In this document: one piece after another, positions 61,706 through 64,000 of the stretch | How the letters are laid out: each line of letters begins with the position of its first letter | Position numbering within the stretch: position 1 is the first letter of the stretch | DNA from: Alphaproteobacteria bacterium | GTDB lineage: Bacteria > Pseudomonadota > Alphaproteobacteria > MPNO01 | Direction of reading: 5' to 3' | Length of the DNA stretch: 64,000 nt | Assembly: GCA_965248835.1 (NCBI GenBank) | Contig: CBDFLJ010000002.1 | Location: 480,001-544,000 of the forward strand | Notes under the pieces: model-generated | What the model saw: the letters and a program-made list of their open reading frames with translations, nothing else | Databases searched by the model: none | Told to the model about the DNA's origin: nothing | Position numbers and translations under genes: made by a program

Positions 61706-63082
61706 TCAGTCTTCGCCGCGCTGGACGGCGTGGATCATCCAGTGGGCGATGCGGGTGAGGTCGTGGTCCTCGTGCAGGTAGCCCATGAGCTGGATGCCCA
61801 GCGGCAACCCTTCGCTCGCCAGCAGCGGCGCGCTGATCGCCGGCACGCGGAGCAGCGAGGACGGCTCCCCGAAGGTCATGTCGCCGACCGGCATGCCCTC
61901 GGTCGCGACCCCGGTCGAGGCGAGCGTGACAAACCCGTCATAGGTCCCGGCAAAGGCGGCCTGGCGCGCGCGCAGCTCGTCGGCCCATTCCAACGCCTCC
62001 GCATAGGCCTGCGGCGTGATCGAAGCCGCCGTCGCGACGCGCTCCAGGGCGGCCGCGCTCATCCGCTCCGGCGCCTTCTCGGCCAGCATCAACAGCGGCC
62101 AGCGCATCTCGTAGAGCAGGATCGTCACGATCCGCTCGCGCAACGTGACCAGGTCCTGTTCGAAGGCCTCGAGCCTCGGATCGTCCCTGCGCCCGGCGAT
62201 CGCCACATCGCGCGCCCGCAGCGCATCCATCGCGGCCTCGAAGACATCCCGCGCCGACCCCGGCACCGCGTCCCAGCCCGCGGTCTCCAGCCGGGCCAGC
62301 CGTCGCGGCCGGCGGGCCTCGGGCAGCATCGGTCGGCCGCCGAGGCCTGGATGGCCGCCCTCGCTGCCGGCCGCGCGCGACAGCCAGTTGGCGGTGATCC
62401 ACATGTCGGCGATCGTGCCGGCGAGAATGCCCACGTGGTTGGTGCTTACCGGCGTCGGCAGGCTGCCGCGCCAGTCGATGGCGCCGCGGCTCGGCTTGAG
62501 CGCCCAGACCCCGCAATAGGACGCCGGGCGGAGCGTCGAGGCGCGGCCCTGGCTGCCGATGGCGACCGGCACCATCGCCGCACCCACCGCGGCCGCCGAG
62601 CCCGACGATGACCCGCCGGGCGTGCGCGCGCTATCCCATGGGTTGCGGGTCGCCCCCGGTGCGGCGAAGGCGAACTCGGTGGTCACCGTCTTGCCGATGA
62701 TCACCGCACCCGAACACCGCAGTGCGTAGGCGACCGCGCCGTCCCATTTGGGCCGCCGGCCGGCATGGACGAGGCTGCCGTGCTCGGTCGGAAGGCCCGC
62801 CGTATCGAAGATGTCCTTGACCGCGACCGGCAAGCCGTCGATGACCGAAAGCGGCTTGCCGTCGCGGTAACGCGCGTTCGCCGCGTCGGCCGCGGTGCGC
62901 GCCGCATCGGCATCGATCGCGGTGAAGGCGCGGACCGCCTCCTCGCGGTGGGAAACGGTCTCCAGGCAGCGTTCGAGATAGTTGCGCGGATTGTCGGCGC
63001 CGGACAGAAACGCCTCGCGCGCCTTGGCAAAGGAAAGCAGGCCCGGCGCCTTGGGATCATAGTCTCTGCGGCCGCTCATCAC
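61706..63082 (-). CDS. Amidase signature family protein
   Basis: VKDIFD, GKT.TTEFA, TPGGSSSGSAAAV, RPASYCG. Confidence 0.92.
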   Translation of the reverse strand: MMSGRRDYDPKAPGLLSFAKAREAFLSGADNPRNYLERCLETVSHREEAVRAFTAIDADAARTAADAANARYRDGKPLSVIDGLPVAVKDIFDTAGLPTEHGSLVHAGRRPKWDGAVAYALRCSGAVIIGKTVTTEFAFAAPGATRNPWDSARTPGGSSSGSAAAVGAAMVPVAIGSQGRASTLRPASYCGVWALKPSRGAIDWRGSLPTPVSTNHVGILAGTIADMWITANWLSRAAGSEGGHPGLGGRPMLPEARRPRRLARLETAGWDAVPGSARDVFEAAMDALRARDVAIAGRRDDPRLEAFEQDLVTLRERIVTILLYEMRWPLLMLAEKAPERMSAAALERVATAASITPQAYAEALEWADELRARQAAFAGTYDGFVTLASTGVATEGMPVGDMTFGEPSSLLRVPAISAPLLASEGLPLGIQLMGYLHEDHDLTRIAHWMIHAVQRGED

Positions 63083-63182
63083 CGACCTCCCGCGGATCCA
63101 GCCGCGACGTTACCATGGCGCGGCCCTGACACCATCGCCGCTTTGGCCTACCCTTGCAGAAGGCCGGCCGGAGACCCGATCG

Positions 63183-64000
63183 TTGGACGCCGCATCGCTC
63201 GACTGCATCCTTTGCGGGATCGCCTATCCGGTCGATCACTTCGACCGTGCCTGCTCGTCCTGCCTGGCGCGCGGCCACGCGGCCAACCTTTCGGTCGGCT
63301 ACGTTGCCGGACCGGCGCCGGATCGCGATGCCCTGCCCAGCCATCCGGCGAGCATGTGGCGCTATGCCGACATGCTGCCGCTTGCCGCCGGGGAGGCCGT
63401 CAGCCTGGGCGAGGGCGCCACGCCCCTGGTGCGGATCGAATGGACCGACGGCATGGAGGTGGAGGTCAAGGACGAGACCCGCAACCCGACCTGGTCTTTC
63501 AAGGACCGGCTGGCGAGCGTCGCGGTATCCTGGGCACGGCGATCCGGTGCTGCGGTGATCGCGACCAGCTCGTCAGGCAATGCGGGCGCGGCGGCGGCAG
63601 CTTATGCCGCGCGGGCCGGGCTCGCCTGCGTCGTGCTGACCTTTCGCGGTACCGCCGGGCCGATGATCGATCAGATCCGCGCGGCCGGCGCGATGGTTCT
63701 CGAATGCGCCGCCAAGGACGACCGCTGGATCATCCTCGAGAAAGCGGTCCGCGCGTTCGGCTGGTTCCCCACCGCGCCGTTCTTCGGCCCGACGGTCGGC
63801 AGCAACCCGATCGGTATCGAGGGCTACAAGACGCTGGCCTACGAGATCGCGGAGCAGCGCGGCTGGCAGGTGCCCGACTGGTGTGTGCTGCCGGTGTGCT
63901 ACGGCGATGCGCTGTTCGGCCTGTGGAAGGGCTTCGAGGAGATGCGCCGTTGGGGCTGGACCACCGCGGTCCCCCGCCTGGTCGCCGCCGAAATCTCCGG
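63183..64000 (+). CDS. Threonine synthase-like PLP enzyme, truncated by window edge
   Basis: N-terminal CxxC..CxxC, SLGEG.TPL, NPTWSFKDR, SSGNAG, GYKTLAYE. Confidence 0.88.
   Translation, partial: MDAASLDCILCGIAYPVDHFDRACSSCLARGHAANLSVGYVAGPAPDRDALPSHPASMWRYADMLPLAAGEAVSLGEGATPLVRIEWTDGMEVEVKDETRNPTWSFKDRLASVAVSWARRSGAAVIATSSSGNAGAAAAAYAARAGLACVVLTFRGTAGPMIDQIRAAGAMVLECAAKDDRWIILEKAVRAFGWFPTAPFFGPTVGSNPIGIEGYKTLAYEIAEQRGWQVPDWCVLPVCYGDALFGLWKGFEEMRRWGWTTAVPRLVAAEIS

Noticed and set aside
63115-63129. ATG at 63115 as the threonine synthase start
   Set aside because: It hits TGA after four codons; the real frame opens at TTG 63183 behind a GGAG.

Overview
High-GC alphaproteobacterial (Rhodospirillales-like) chromosome segment in three parts. 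(1) 1-14.7 kb: an aromatic/heteroaromatic catabolic cluster (three Rieske oxygenase alpha subunits, an NMT1/THI5-type ABC importer, a luciferase-like monooxygenase). It is split by six IS630/IS5 elements stacked end to end at one CTAG site and by an IS1182 in a palindrome. Part of this stack looks like a mixed-read consensus artefact. (2) 14.7-39.96 kb: two related, defective prophages integrated in tandem at tRNA-Lys(CTT), with a 46-bp att repeat at 20296-20341 and 39910-39955. Several phage genes are truncated, but the secreted/surface cargo is intact: a tandem array of three signal-peptide, 8-Cys proteins resembling a single cyanovirin-N (CVNH) repeat, with near-identical non-coding flanks and strongly diverged mature regions (best candidate for an undescribed system); a lipoprotein-metallopeptidase autotransporter; a subtilase lipoprotein with a PrcB-like partner; and HicAB. 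(3) 40-64 kb: ordinary backbone (rodA-mrdA-mreDCB, leuA, ilvC/H/I, miaA, degP, hflCK, mrp and several hydrolases). All family calls come from motif recognition by eye; no database searches were run.
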